DNA of 32,000 bases from Mycolicibacterium smegmatis (GTDB taxonomy: Bacteria; Actinomycetota; Actinomycetes; Mycobacteriales; Mycobacteriaceae): positions 3,090,001 through 3,122,000 of the forward strand of contig NZ_LN831039.1 of NCBI RefSeq assembly GCF_001457595.1. Reading direction: 5' to 3'. Positions 18,945-29,067 of the stretch are shown piece by piece. Every line of letters starts with the position of its first letter. Position 1 is the first letter of the stretch. The position numbers were made by a program, and so were the translations under genes. The notes below the pieces were generated by a model, which saw only the letters and a program-made list of their open reading frames with translations, made no database searches and was not told where the DNA came from.

Positions 18945-19825
18945 ACCAGACTCCTTGTCCGCACGGTGAACAGGCCCTGCGGGCGCACCTGCAGGAAGAT
19001 CACGATGATCACGAACACGATCACCTTGGCCAGCGACGCCGTGGTGTTGTACTCGATGAAGGAGTTCAAAAAGCCCAGCGTCAGCGCCGCGATGACGGTG
19101 CCCTTGATCTGGCCGAGCCCGCCCACCACGACCACCAGGAACGCGTCGATGAGGAAGCTCTGGCCGATGGTCGGGCTGGTCGAACCGATGAGTGTCAGCG
19201 CGACACCGGCGACAGCCGCGAGCCCGGATCCGATGAAGAACGTCGTGATGTCGGTCTTGCGGGACGAGATGCCGCTGGTCTCTGCGAGATCGCGGTTCTG
19301 CACCACCGCCCGGATACGACGGCCCATGGGGCTCGCCTTGAGCACGGTCGCGAGCACCGCGACACACACGACGGCCAGGACCAGGATGAAGATGCGGGTC
19401 TTGGGCACGACGGCGCCGAGGATCTCGACGCCGCCCGACAGCCAGGAGGGGGCCACGACGTTGACCGCGGGGGCACCGAAGATGTCGCGCGCGATCTGCT
19501 GAAGGATCAGCCCGACGCCGAAGGTGACGAGCAGGGTGTCCAGCGGGCGGTGGTACATGCGCTGGATCAGCGTCACCTCAAGCAGGGCACCCATCGCGCC
19601 ACCGACGAGGAATCCCACCACCAGCGAGATGAGCAGGGACGCACCGGCACTCGAGATCACCTGCTGGACCACGTACGCGGTGTAACAGCCGGCCATGATG
19701 AACTCGCCGTGCGCCATGTTGATGACGCCCATCTGGCCGAACGTCAGAGAAAGGCCGAGTGCGGCCAGCAACAGGATCGAGCCGAGGCTCAATCCTGTTG
19801 CCAGCTGGCCGATCAGGATATCCAT
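18941..19825 (-). CDS. urtB: Urea-type ABC transporter permease
   Basis: MDILIGQLATGLSLGSILLLAALGLSLTFGQMGVINMAHGEFIMAGCYTAYVVQ. LivH/UrtB permease; overlaps urtC by 4 nt. Confidence 0.92.
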   Translation of the reverse strand: MDILIGQLATGLSLGSILLLAALGLSLTFGQMGVINMAHGEFIMAGCYTAYVVQQVISSAGASLLISLVVGFLVGGAMGALLEVTLIQRMYHRPLDTLLVTFGVGLILQQIARDIFGAPAVNVVAPSWLSGGVEILGAVVPKTRIFILVLAVVCVAVLATVLKASPMGRRIRAVVQNRDLAETSGISSRKTDITTFFIGSGLAAVAGVALTLIGSTSPTIGQSFLIDAFLVVVVGGLGQIKGTVIAALTLGFLNSFIEYNTTASLAKVIVFVIIVIFLQVRPQGLFTVRTRSLV

Positions 19826-19860
19826 ACGGTTGTCAGATCCCCCTCGGTGTGACTATCTGA

Positions 19861-21129
19861 TCAGCTCGACAGCCCTGCGGCCCACGGGTAGGACTTCAGG
19901 TACGGATCCGGCTCGATGGGGCCCTTGGACTCCCACACCGTGTAGATCAGGCCGTCGGGGCGGATCTCACCGATGCGGGCGGTCTTGGTGATGTGGTGGT
20001 TCTCGCCGTCGATGGTGACCTTGCCCTCGGGCGCGTCGAAGCTCACGCCATCGGCGTTGTCCTGAATTGCCTTGACGTCGAAGGACTGTGCCTTCTCCAC
20101 GGTGTTCTTCCACAGGTACACCGAAACGTAGGCCGCCTCCATCGGATCCGACGTCGGCTTCTTGGGGTCCTTCACGAAGTCCTTGTAGGCCTTGACGAAG
20201 GCCTTGTTCTCCGGGGTGTCGATGGTCTCGTAGTAGTTCCACGCGGTGAGCTGCCCGTCGATGTTCTGGACACCGATACCGCCGACCTCTTCCTCGGCGA
20301 TCGACACCGAGACCACCGGCATGGTGTCCGGCGTCAGGCCGACGTTGCGGTACTCGCGGAAGAATGCGACGTTGGAATCACCGTTGAGGGTGTTGAACAC
20401 GGCGTCGGCGTTCGCGCTGCGGACCTTGTTGACGATGGTCGAGAAGTCCGTGGAGCCCAGTGGCGTGTAGTCCTCGCCCTTGATCTCGATGCCGTTGGCC
20501 TCGGCGTACGCCTTGATGATGCGGTTGGCGGTCTGCGGGAAGACGTAGTCGCTGCCCACCAGGTAGAGCGACTTGACGCCCTTCTCCTTGAGGTAGTCCA
20601 GCGCGGGCACGATCTGCTGGTTGGTGGTGGCGCCGGTGTAGAAGATGTTGGGCGACGATTCCAGGCCCTCATACTGAACGGGGTAGTACAGCAGGGCGTT
20701 GGCGCTCTCGAAGACCGGCAGCATGGCCTTGCGGCTCGACGAGGTCCATCCGCCGAACACCGCCGCGACGCAGTCGCTGCTGATCAGCTTCTCGGCCTTC
20801 TCTGCGAACACGGTGGGCTCCGACGCGCCGTCCTCGCCGATCAGTTCGATCTGCTTGCCCAGCACACCGCCGTCGGCGTTGATCTCCTCGACCGCGAGCT
20901 TGATGGCGTCGCGGACGGTGACCTCGGAGATCGCCATGGTGCCCGACAGCGAGTTCAGCGAGCCCACCTTGATGGTGGGGCCGGACGTGTCAACACATGA
21001 TTCGGCATTTGCTGCGTCGGTTTCGCTCGCCTTGCTCCCGCACCCGGCCAACAACAGGCCGGCAACGGTGATAACGCTTCCGGTGGCCAACGCCGAACGC
21101 CGGATCGTGGCACGTCCTCGAACTCGCAT
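19861..21129 (-). CDS. urtA: Urea-type ABC transporter substrate-binding lipoprotein
   Basis: [36 protein letters not shown] (lipobox LLAGC), then [68 protein letters not shown] at 21129. Confidence 0.92.
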   Translation of the reverse strand: MRVRGRATIRRSALATGSVITVAGLLLAGCGSKASETDAANAESCVDTSGPTIKVGSLNSLSGTMAISEVTVRDAIKLAVEEINADGGVLGKQIELIGEDGASEPTVFAEKAEKLISSDCVAAVFGGWTSSSRKAMLPVFESANALLYYPVQYEGLESSPNIFYTGATTNQQIVPALDYLKEKGVKSLYLVGSDYVFPQTANRIIKAYAEANGIEIKGEDYTPLGSTDFSTIVNKVRSANADAVFNTLNGDSNVAFFREYRNVGLTPDTMPVVSVSIAEEEVGGIGVQNIDGQLTAWNYYETIDTPENKAFVKAYKDFVKDPKKPTSDPMEAAYVSVYLWKNTVEKAQSFDVKAIQDNADGVSFDAPEGKVTIDGENHHITKTARIGEIRPDGLIYTVWESKGPIEPDPYLKSYPWAAGLSS

Positions 21130-21366
21130 GAACAACCTTTCCCGATGATTGCAGCGCATTTTGGGCCGATCGCCTCGGCCGCGGTGCAGGAGGTTAAACA
21201 CACTGTGCTGGTGTCGAATCGGGACGTTAGAGCGCGCGTGTTACTGCCAAATGTCTGTGTGTGACGAACAAATTAACCTCGACATGACATGCCGCTGGTT
21301 TGCCGCCGGTTCTCGACGCCGTGACACCGGCGTGGCGTGTGTAACGGGGAGGTAGCCTGCGTCGAT

Positions 21367-21798
21367 ATGACGAACATGCGAAACGTGACGAAGAGGGTCG
21401 GCGCCGCGGTGTTGGCGGCGTCGGCGTCCATTGCGGTGGTGGGACAGGCGACAGCGCATGCGGAGCCCGAGGGCCACCAGGTCCGTTACACATTGACGTC
21501 TGGCGCGCCTTACGAGTTCGACCTCTACTATCTGGCGACGCAGCCCGCGGACAAGGCGGCCTACGACGCCGATCCGTACGCCTACCTGCAGAAGGCCGAG
21601 GTGAACGTCGCTCCGGACGCGCCATGGGTCTTCGAGACCACACTGGCCGATCCGCAGTGGGCGATCTTCACGGTGTCCAGCACGACGCACGGCGGACGGG
21701 GCGCGCCGAACGCGCACTGTGAGATCGCCGTCGACGGCGAGATCGCGACGCAGAACGACCACCCGTACAGCCCGCGGTGCCAGCTGGGCAACTGGTGA
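21367..21798 (+). CDS. Small secreted hypothetical protein (143 aa) with signal peptide
   Basis: MTNMRNVTKRVGAAVLAASASIAVVGQATAHAEPEGHQVRYTLTSGAPYEFDLYYLATQ...; n/h/c signal-peptide pattern with AxA-type site. The later part weakly recalls the soluble domain of mycobacterial MmpS-like proteins. Confidence 0.75.
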   Translation: MTNMRNVTKRVGAAVLAASASIAVVGQATAHAEPEGHQVRYTLTSGAPYEFDLYYLATQPADKAAYDADPYAYLQKAEVNVAPDAPWVFETTLADPQWAIFTVSSTTHGGRGAPNAHCEIAVDGEIATQNDHPYSPRCQLGNW

Positions 21799-21829
21799 CC
21801 TGAGGATTCTCAACATCTGAGAGCTGCTT

Positions 21830-21865
21830 GACACCCCTATCGAACTGTTGTTCGATAGGGGTGTC
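21830..21865. terminator. Perfect 16-bp stem / 4-nt loop hairpin between convergent genes
   Basis: GACACCCCTATCGAAC (21830-21845) / TGTT / GTTCGATAGGGGTGTC (21850-21865). Lies 32 nt after the secreted protein stop and before the convergent alpha/beta hydrolase stop. Confidence 0.85.
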
Positions 21866-21976
21866 TGCGTTTGATCGGTTCCGCTTCCGCTCCGACGCCG
21901 GCTTGACTGGGCACGCGCCCTCGGCGCGCGCCGGTGCCGTACCCGAAACCGCGGCACCGGCGCACCCAGTCCCTGC

Positions 21977-22792
21977 CTAGGTCCCTTCGGCGTGCCGGAC
22001 GGCCCTCGAGATGGCGTCAGCCAGGTCGGCGGGCGCTTCGACATGGGCCAGATGGCCCTGCCCGGGGAGTCGGGCCAACCGTGCCTGCGGCAGCGCCGCG
22101 GAGAACGGGACGAACGCCGTCCCGTACGGCGCCGCACCCTCGTTGAGTGCGCCGAGGATGAGGGTGACCGGAACCGTCAGGTGACGGTAGTCGTCGAAGG
22201 ACGGCTCGAATGCGTCGATCGCGGCGAGTTCCTCGCCCATCGGCTGCGCGAGCGGCCTCAGTACCTCCCATGCGGGGCTGCGGCGGAGGCCGGCCACATA
22301 GTCGTCGGAGAAACCGGATACATCGGTGTTGACGAGAGCGACCGCTCGGTCGAGGTCACCCGCGGCGACTGCGGCGCGGATGGGTGCGACGGTCTCGGGT
22401 GCGAAGGGGCGACTGACGGGTTCGTACGCCGTGACCGACCGGATCCGGCCGGAACCGAGCGCGGCCTCCAGTCCGATGAGCGCACCGTAACTCCAGCCGA
22501 CGAGGTGCACGGCCCCGAGCGCGCCGACGACGCGTCGCAGGTCGTCGACCTCGACGGCGACCGAGTAGTCCGCGCCCAACCCACCGCTCGACGCGCGACC
22601 GCGGCGGTTGAGGGTGACGACGGGGTTCGGCAGGTCGATGTGCGCCACCACGGGCCGCCAGGTCGCGGCGTCGGCCATGATGCCGGGCACGATCACCACC
22701 GGTGTGCCGTGGCCCGGTCGCACCTCGGCGCTCAATCGCGTGTCGGCGGTTTCCAGGCTGAGGTGAAGTGGCTCTGCGTGCGTGAGAATCAC
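21977..22792 (-). CDS. Alpha/beta hydrolase
   Basis: [21 protein letters not shown]...[13 protein letters not shown]...[18 protein letters not shown] (GxSxG nucleophile elbow)...[13 protein letters not shown] (catalytic His region). Stop-start overlap with the upstream fumarase-family gene. Confidence 0.88.
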   Translation of the reverse strand: MILTHAEPLHLSLETADTRLSAEVRPGHGTPVVIVPGIMADAATWRPVVAHIDLPNPVVTLNRRGRASSGGLGADYSVAVEVDDLRRVVGALGAVHLVGWSYGALIGLEAALGSGRIRSVTAYEPVSRPFAPETVAPIRAAVAAGDLDRAVALVNTDVSGFSDDYVAGLRRSPAWEVLRPLAQPMGEELAAIDAFEPSFDDYRHLTVPVTLILGALNEGAAPYGTAFVPFSAALPQARLARLPGQGHLAHVEAPADLADAISRAVRHAEGT

Positions 22793-24426
22793 TGCGGTGC
22801 TGCTCCGATCGTGAGTAGTGGTGGACGGCGGTAGAAGTCGTTGCCCTTGTCGTCGATGACGATGAAGGCGGGGAAGTTCCGCACCCGCACCCGCAGCACG
22901 GCCTCCATGCCGAGTTCGCCGTATTCGAGGGTCTCGACCGAGGTGATGAAGTCACGGGCGAGCCGGGCCGCGGGCCCGCCGATGGAACCGAGGTAGAAGC
23001 CGCCGTGAGCCTGGCACGAACGCCGCACCGCATCCGAGCGGTTGCCTTTCGCGAGCATCACCAGTGATCCGCCTGCGGACTGGAACCGCTCGACGTAGGA
23101 GTCCATGCGTCCGGCCGTGGTGGGACCCAGCGAGCCCGATACGTGGCCGGACGGTGTCTTGGCGGGCCCGGCGTAGAAGACCGGGTACCGGCGCAGGTAA
23201 TCCGGTAGCGGTTCGCCCGCGTCGAGTCGCTCACGGATCTTGGCGTGTGCCAGGTCGCGTGCCACGACGAGGGTGCCTGTCAGCGACACCCTGGTGCCGA
23301 CGGGGTGGGCCGACAGTTGGGCCAGGGTGTGCGCCATCGACACGTCCAGGTCGATCCGGATGTCCTCATCGCGGCGGCCGGCATCGGCGTCATCGGGCAG
23401 GAACCGTGCCGGATCGGTTTCGAGTTGTTCGAGGAACACCCCGTCCCGCGTGATCCGGCCCAGGATGTGACGGTCGGCGGCGCACGACACCGCGATGGCC
23501 ACAGGCAGCGACCCGGCGTGGCGGGGCAGGCGGATCACCCGCACGTCGTGGCAGAAGTACTTACCGCCGAACTGCGCCCCGATCCCGAGCTGCTGTGTGG
23601 CCGTGAGGATTATGTGTTCGAAGTCCAGGTCGCGGAACCCGTGGCCAGTTCCCGATCCGGCGACGGGCAGCGCATCGAGGTGGTGGGCAGAGGCCAGTTT
23701 GGCGGTCTTGAGCGCGAATTCGGCGCTCGTGCCGCCGATCACGACCGCCAGGTGGTAGGGCGGGCATGCCGACGTGCCGATCTCGGCGGCCTTGGCCACG
23801 ACGAAGTCGAGCAGCGCATCGGGCGTCAGGAGGGCGGGTGTCTCCTGGAACAGGAAGCTCTTGTTGGCGCTGCCACAGCCTTTCGCGATGAACAGGAACC
23901 GGTAGTCGTCCTCGCCCTCGGCGAGGATCTCGATCTGCGCGGGCAGGTTGGTGCCGGTGTTGCGCTCGTCGAACATGGACACGGGCGCGACTTGCGAATA
24001 GCGCAGGTTCAGGGTTCGGTACGCGCGGGCGATGCCGAGCGACAGGTGCTCGGCATCGCGGCCGTCGGTGAGGACGTGCCGTCCGCGCCAGGCGTGCACG
24101 ATCGCGGTGCCGGTGTCCTGGCACATCGGGAACACGCCACCGGACGCCACATTCGCGTTGCGTAGGAGTTCGGTGGCGACGTAGCGGTCGTTGGGCGAGG
24201 CCTCCGGATCCTCGAGGATCGCCGCAACCTGGCGAAGGTGGCTGCTACGCAACAGATGTGACACGTCGCGGTATGCCTCGAACGCCAACTGCTCGACGGC
24301 CGCGGGGTCGACGTCGAGGAACTCCCGGCCCGCACCGTGTACCGTGCGGGCCCCGGCGATGTCGAGCCGGCGGTAGTCGGTGGTGTCGGCGCCGAGCGGC
24401 AGTATCGGTGTGTAGTCGACGGTCAT
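22789..24426 (-). CDS. Class I fumarase / L(+)-tartrate dehydratase family Fe-S hydratase
   Basis: [25 protein letters not shown]...; [47 protein letters not shown]-like ([18 protein letters not shown]), [30 protein letters not shown] and [11 protein letters not shown] are FumA/B-type motifs. Confidence 0.9.
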   Translation of the reverse strand: MTVDYTPILPLGADTTDYRRLDIAGARTVHGAGREFLDVDPAAVEQLAFEAYRDVSHLLRSSHLRQVAAILEDPEASPNDRYVATELLRNANVASGGVFPMCQDTGTAIVHAWRGRHVLTDGRDAEHLSLGIARAYRTLNLRYSQVAPVSMFDERNTGTNLPAQIEILAEGEDDYRFLFIAKGCGSANKSFLFQETPALLTPDALLDFVVAKAAEIGTSACPPYHLAVVIGGTSAEFALKTAKLASAHHLDALPVAGSGTGHGFRDLDFEHIILTATQQLGIGAQFGGKYFCHDVRVIRLPRHAGSLPVAIAVSCAADRHILGRITRDGVFLEQLETDPARFLPDDADAGRRDEDIRIDLDVSMAHTLAQLSAHPVGTRVSLTGTLVVARDLAHAKIRERLDAGEPLPDYLRRYPVFYAGPAKTPSGHVSGSLGPTTAGRMDSYVERFQSAGGSLVMLAKGNRSDAVRRSCQAHGGFYLGSIGGPAARLARDFITSVETLEYGELGMEAVLRVRVRNFPAFIVIDDKGNDFYRRPPLLTIGAAPQ

Positions 24427-25766
24427 CGGTGTTCGATCCGTGCGGCCAGATCGAACAGCATGCCCTCGTTGCCGGGCGCGCTGATCAGTTGCAACCCGAC
24501 GGGCAGACCCGAGACGACGCCTGCGGGCACGCTGAGCGCGGGATGCCCGGTGAGGTTCCACGGGCAGGTCAGCGACAGCAGTGCCGATCGCACCTCGACG
24601 GCGTGGCCGTCGATCTGGTGGGCGCGCTGGTCGATCTCGGTCGCGACCGTCGGCGCAGCGGGCATCGCGAGTACGTCGAACCGCGTGAGCAGGGTGTCGG
24701 CTGCCGCGCGCAACCTGTCACGTTGGCGGCAGGCACGCACGTATTGCCATGCGGGCGTGTCCCTTCCGCGCAGCAGGCGTCCGAGCACCTCGGGGTCGAT
24801 GTCGGATGCACGCTGCTCGGTCTCGGCGCTGTACTCGGTATAGGCCTCGCTGGACTGCAGGACGCTGAGCGCCTCGAACACCTCGCCCGCCGCGAACGGC
24901 AGTCCGACGGTGCCGTCGACCGTGATCTGCGCGGCGCGCAGCGTCTCGGACAACGCCGCGATGATTGCCGGGTCACACGGGCCGAGGCATGCGGGATCCA
25001 GCCAGGCGACCCGTTGCGCGCGAACCGGATCGGGGGACCGGCCGGCCATGGCCGTGTACGCCGCCGCTGCGCCGGTCGCGGTGCGGGCGAACACCCCGAC
25101 GTGATCCAGCGATGCCGCAAGGGGCCAGACGCCCCGCGCCGGGATCGCGCCGTAGGCCGGCTTGAACCCGACCACACCGCACAACGCGGCGGGTACGCGG
25201 ACCGAGCCTGCGGTGTCGGTGCCGACAGCCAGGGGAACCATGCCCGCGGCGGTCGCCACTGCACTGCCGCCGCTCGATCCGCCGCTGATCCTGCTGGGAT
25301 CCCAAGGGTTTCGTGATGCGCCGTGTGCCGATCGGTCACCGGTCGCGCCGAAGGCGAATTCGTGCAGGACATTCCTGCCGACGATCACCGCGCCCGCGGT
25401 GCGCAACCGGCGCACGCATTCGGCGTCGGCGGTCGCCGGACCGGGGTGGACCACCGAACCCCGCGTCGTGACGTGTCCGGCGACGTCGACGAGGTCCTTG
25501 ACCGCGACCGGGATGCCGTGCAGCACACCGCGGTCATGGCCACGTGCGAGTTCGGCATCGGCGTGCCGCGCGGCGTCGAGCGCGCCTTCTGCGTCCACGG
25601 CCGTGAAGGCGTTGAGGGTCGGATCGAGCCGTGTGATGGCGGCGAGGCTGTGCTCGACGAGTTCGACACTCGTGGTGTGGCCATTGCGAAGATCCGCTGC
25701 GAGGGAATGGATGTCGTGGTCGCGGAAGAATCCGGTCAACCCGGTGGTATCGGCTGTTTCGGTCAT
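24423..25766 (-). CDS. Amidase (amidase signature family)
   Basis: [21 protein letters not shown] (Lys), [72 protein letters not shown] (Ser-cisSer-Lys). ATG at 25766 inside ORF track 24423..26807. Confidence 0.92.
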   Translation of the reverse strand: MTETADTTGLTGFFRDHDIHSLAADLRNGHTTSVELVEHSLAAITRLDPTLNAFTAVDAEGALDAARHADAELARGHDRGVLHGIPVAVKDLVDVAGHVTTRGSVVHPGPATADAECVRRLRTAGAVIVGRNVLHEFAFGATGDRSAHGASRNPWDPSRISGGSSGGSAVATAAGMVPLAVGTDTAGSVRVPAALCGVVGFKPAYGAIPARGVWPLAASLDHVGVFARTATGAAAAYTAMAGRSPDPVRAQRVAWLDPACLGPCDPAIIAALSETLRAAQITVDGTVGLPFAAGEVFEALSVLQSSEAYTEYSAETEQRASDIDPEVLGRLLRGRDTPAWQYVRACRQRDRLRAAADTLLTRFDVLAMPAAPTVATEIDQRAHQIDGHAVEVRSALLSLTCPWNLTGHPALSVPAGVVSGLPVGLQLISAPGNEGMLFDLAARIEHR

Positions 25767-26896
25767 GATGTCGTGATTCCTGGGAGCAGTTGAAGGGATG
25801 GGACGATTACGGCGGTGGCGACGGCCATGGCGGCAACGTTGCCGATGAACGGATGGAAGTCGCCGGGCAGTAGTGCCGAGATCCGGTCGGCGAGTGGTGG
25901 ACCCAACAGTGCCCCGAGCAGTGCACCGGCGAGCACCGACGCCGCGGTTCCGCCGTACGTCAGCACGCAGGCCGGCGCGACCGACACCACGGGCACGAAC
26001 GTCGGGTAGAACGGGCGGCGTGCCCAGCGGGTCCGCCACACCGACACGGCCACCACGGCGGTGAGCACCTGTGCGGCGAGAATCTGTGGGAGCAGCCCTG
26101 ATCCATAGGCCACCGAGGCGGGTGCCATCGCGTAGGCGATCAGGGCGCCCGCGACGAGTCCGAGGCTCGCCCACTCGCTTCCGAAGAACGGCGCCTCGGA
26201 GAAGTCGGCGACGCAACGCCGCAGCACCCACACCGGTCCGGTCCTGACCGCAGGAGCCGGCGGTGATGCCGGGCCCCGGGGGAGCGCCGGCGCGGGCACC
26301 CACGGGAGATGTCGGCAGATCATGAACGCGATCACCGCCGCGATCGCCATCCCGCCTGTGACCCCGACGACCGACGGCACACCGAGTCGCGGGCACAGGA
26401 CGCTCGCACCGAGCACCGAGAGTGGCGGGGTCACCACGCCGCCGAGCACGCCACCGGTGAGTACGGTTTTGATATCGGCACCGAACATCAGCACGATGGT
26501 CGGTGACACCGAGACGAACGGCGCGAACAGCGGTTGCCAGATCCCTGCCGACAGGGTCCATCCCCACAGCAGGTTGCTGACTGCGACGCCCAGCATGGCG
26601 CTGGCCAGCATCGGCACCCACATGCCGGATCCGCACGCCTGCGCGAACCCCTGCAGGCGGTGCCCGCGTCTGTGCAGCCAGTGCGCCAGTGCACCGCCGG
26701 CGATCAGACCGAGACCGGACAGGGCGTTCGAGTAGAACGTGGGTTCGCTTGCCGCCGAGGCGATCTGCGCGAGCATCGGCGTGACGGCATGCAGGCTGCC
26801 ACTCCACAGCAGTGCGGCGAACAGGCAGATCGCGGCGACCAGGGGCAGCAGCGGGAGCGCGGCGTCGGGTGGACGCGTGGACGGAGCGGTCGTCAT
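25763..26896 (-). CDS. Polytopic membrane protein of unknown function, likely transporter for the associated catabolic cluster
   Basis: 377 aa, about 10 hydrophobic segments; ATGA overlap with the amidase gene. No family motif I can name with confidence. Confidence 0.75.
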   Translation of the reverse strand: MTTAPSTRPPDAALPLLPLVAAICLFAALLWSGSLHAVTPMLAQIASAASEPTFYSNALSGLGLIAGGALAHWLHRRGHRLQGFAQACGSGMWVPMLASAMLGVAVSNLLWGWTLSAGIWQPLFAPFVSVSPTIVLMFGADIKTVLTGGVLGGVVTPPLSVLGASVLCPRLGVPSVVGVTGGMAIAAVIAFMICRHLPWVPAPALPRGPASPPAPAVRTGPVWVLRRCVADFSEAPFFGSEWASLGLVAGALIAYAMAPASVAYGSGLLPQILAAQVLTAVVAVSVWRTRWARRPFYPTFVPVVSVAPACVLTYGGTAASVLAGALLGALLGPPLADRISALLPGDFHPFIGNVAAMAVATAVIVPSLQLLPGITTS

Positions 26897-26905
26897 GACG
26901 CGTGC

Positions 26906-27805
26906 CTACCTGGGGAGGGCCTGGCCGCCGCGGTACCCGAGGAGCTGGTCGTAGAGATCGGTGCGCCGGTCGCGGTGCAGATCGTTGAACTGGTTCCAGA
27001 TGGGCGCACCACGCGAGGCCGTGATGTCGATGTCGGCGTAGAGGATGGTGTCCTCATCCGGGCCGGCGATGCGGTCGATGGGCCAGCCGTTGGTGCCCGC
27101 GATGAGCGAGTTGCCCATGAACCCCGAGGTGCGTTCGGTTCCGATGCGGTCGGCCGTGGCGATGAAGACGTTGTTGACGTGGGCGGCCGTCATCGTCAGG
27201 TATGCGGCCATGCACGTGCCGCTGTCGTCGTACAGCGGTGGCGGGGTCCACACCCATCCCGTCGGGATGCAGATGATGTCGGCGCCCTGCTGGGCGACGA
27301 TGCGCGCGGTCTCGGGGAACCAGATGTCCCAGCAGACCAGCAGACCGATGCGGCCGATGCGGGTGTGGAACACCGGGTAACCCAGGTCGCCGGGGGAGAA
27401 GAACAGCTTCTCCTCGTTCCACAGGTGCGTCTTGCGGTACTTGCCGATATACCCCTCCGAGCCGACGAGGACCGCGGTGTCGAACAGTTCGACGCCGTCG
27501 AGCTCGGGCAGACAGCCGACGATGTACACGTCGTGGGCCGCCGCGAACTCGGCCCAGCCGGTGACGGTCGCGCCCGAGGGCACGGGCTCGGCGTGCGCAT
27601 AGGCCTCCTCGCGGGATTCGAACGTGTACCCCGTCGTCGCGAGCTCGGGCAGCACGATGAGGTTGGCGCCCCCGGCTACCGCTTGCTGAAGACGTTCGTA
27701 GACCGCTTCGGAGTTGGCCTTCAGGTTCTCGACCCCGACCTGCGGGTTGAACTGCACGACGGCCACGCGGGCGGGGCTGAACCGATGTGAGTCTTGATCA
27801 GGCAT
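26906..27805 (-). CDS. Carbon-nitrogen hydrolase (nitrilase superfamily)
   Basis: MPDQDSHRFSPARVAVVQFNPQVG...; catalytic triad contexts LPELATTGY (Glu), KYRKTHLW (Lys), GLLVCWDIWFPE (Cys). ATG at 27805. Confidence 0.92.
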   Translation of the reverse strand: MPDQDSHRFSPARVAVVQFNPQVGVENLKANSEAVYERLQQAVAGGANLIVLPELATTGYTFESREEAYAHAEPVPSGATVTGWAEFAAAHDVYIVGCLPELDGVELFDTAVLVGSEGYIGKYRKTHLWNEEKLFFSPGDLGYPVFHTRIGRIGLLVCWDIWFPETARIVAQQGADIICIPTGWVWTPPPLYDDSGTCMAAYLTMTAAHVNNVFIATADRIGTERTSGFMGNSLIAGTNGWPIDRIAGPDEDTILYADIDITASRGAPIWNQFNDLHRDRRTDLYDQLLGYRGGQALPR

Positions 27806-27869
27806 AACGGATCCTTTTCGGCTTGGGATGGATTTGTGAGCGGTGATGGAACACGCCCGGCCCTGGTTG

Positions 27870-27896
27870 CCCGAACGTTCGGGCCGAACGTTCGGG
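27870..27896. promoter_or_regulatory. Two tandem 12-bp palindromes CCGAACGTTCGG (27871-27882, 27884-27895), putative LacI-family operator
   Basis: CCCGAACGTTCGGGCCGAACGTTCGGG in the divergent gap between the nitrilase gene and the LacI-family gene. Central CG dyads as in LacI/GalR operators. Confidence 0.75.
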
Positions 27897-27983
27897 TTAT
27901 ACTGCTCCGTGGTGTGCATCACTGTCAAGGGGTGCCCGGCCGGGTGTTCCCCAGCAAACTGAGAACCAACTGAAAGGCCGTGG

Positions 27984-29018
27984 GTGGGAAAGTCGAAGCA
28001 GCCGACACTCCAGTCGATCGCCGACGATCTCGGCCTGCACGTCTCGACCGTCGCGCGCGTGCTCAACGGTATGCGCGAGGGCGAGCGTGCGGCCTCGGGT
28101 GCCACGGCCGAGCGAATCCGCAAACGTGCGGCCGAGGTGAACTACCGGCCCAATCCGCATGCCGCGAGCCTGCGGACCCGGCGCACCAACCTGGTGGGCG
28201 TTCTCGTGCCGAGGCTCACCGACGTGGTGCTGGCCACGGTGTACGAGGGCATCGAATCGGCTGCCGCGGACCGGGGCCTGACGGCGTTCGTCGCCAACAC
28301 CCAGGACGAGACCGACCGTCAGCGCAAGCGGATCGACATGATGCTGGACCGGCGGGTGGACGGGTTGATCCTCGGCGACGCGCGTTCCGACGACCACACC
28401 GTGCTCGAGGAACTGACCCGCCGCGAGGTGCCGTTCGTGTTGGTCAACCGCAGCGTCGCCGACTATCCGGCGGCCACGTGTGACAACTACCTCGGCGGTC
28501 GGCTGGCCGCCGAACACCTTCTGGCGCTTGGCCATCGCCGCGTCGGCGTCATCGCCGGGCTCGCGCATGCGAGCACCGGCATCGACCGGCCCGCGGGTTT
28601 CGTGGACCGCTTCCGCGAGGCCGGCATCGAGGTGCCCGACGAGCTCATCGTGTACTCGGGTCTGGACAGTCAGGGGGGCCATTACGCGGCCGACCGGATG
28701 CTCGACGGCGACGCACCGCCGACCGCGATGTTCGCCGTCAACGACTTCGCCGCGATCGGTGCGGCCGGTGCGATCCGCAACCGCGGTCTGCGGGTGGGGC
28801 GGGACGTCTCCCTGATCGGGTTCAACAACATCGCCCTGACCGCCGAGATGCACGTCCCCCTGACCTCGATCGAATCGCGCGCCTTCGACATGGGCCGCGA
28901 CGCCCTGGAGTTGCTCGCCGACACGCTCGCAGGTGCGGCGCCCGCGCAGCGGCGCACGAAACCTGTTCTGGTGGTGCGAGAATCGACGTGCGACGCACAC
29001 GGCTCGGCCCTGACCTGA
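27984..29018 (+). CDS. LacI family transcriptional regulator
   Basis: PTLQSIADDLGLHVSTVARVLNG (HTH), NYRPNPHAASLRTRRTNLVGVLVPRLTD, then a periplasmic-binding-protein-like effector domain. Confidence 0.93.
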   Translation: MGKSKQPTLQSIADDLGLHVSTVARVLNGMREGERAASGATAERIRKRAAEVNYRPNPHAASLRTRRTNLVGVLVPRLTDVVLATVYEGIESAAADRGLTAFVANTQDETDRQRKRIDMMLDRRVDGLILGDARSDDHTVLEELTRREVPFVLVNRSVADYPAATCDNYLGGRLAAEHLLALGHRRVGVIAGLAHASTGIDRPAGFVDRFREAGIEVPDELIVYSGLDSQGGHYAADRMLDGDAPPTAMFAVNDFAAIGAAGAIRNRGLRVGRDVSLIGFNNIALTAEMHVPLTSIESRAFDMGRDALELLADTLAGAAPAQRRTKPVLVVRESTCDAHGSALT

Positions 29019-29067
29019 TCGACCGCGCCGAGCGTGCGCGCGCCTCCTTGACAACGCGGTCGAACGC

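Noticed and set aside
25767-26807. N-terminal 347 codons of the 24423..26807 minus ORF as part of a large fusion protein
   Set aside because: This segment is out of frame with the convincing membrane protein 25763..26896, and the amidase has its own ATG at 25766 with ATGA overlap.
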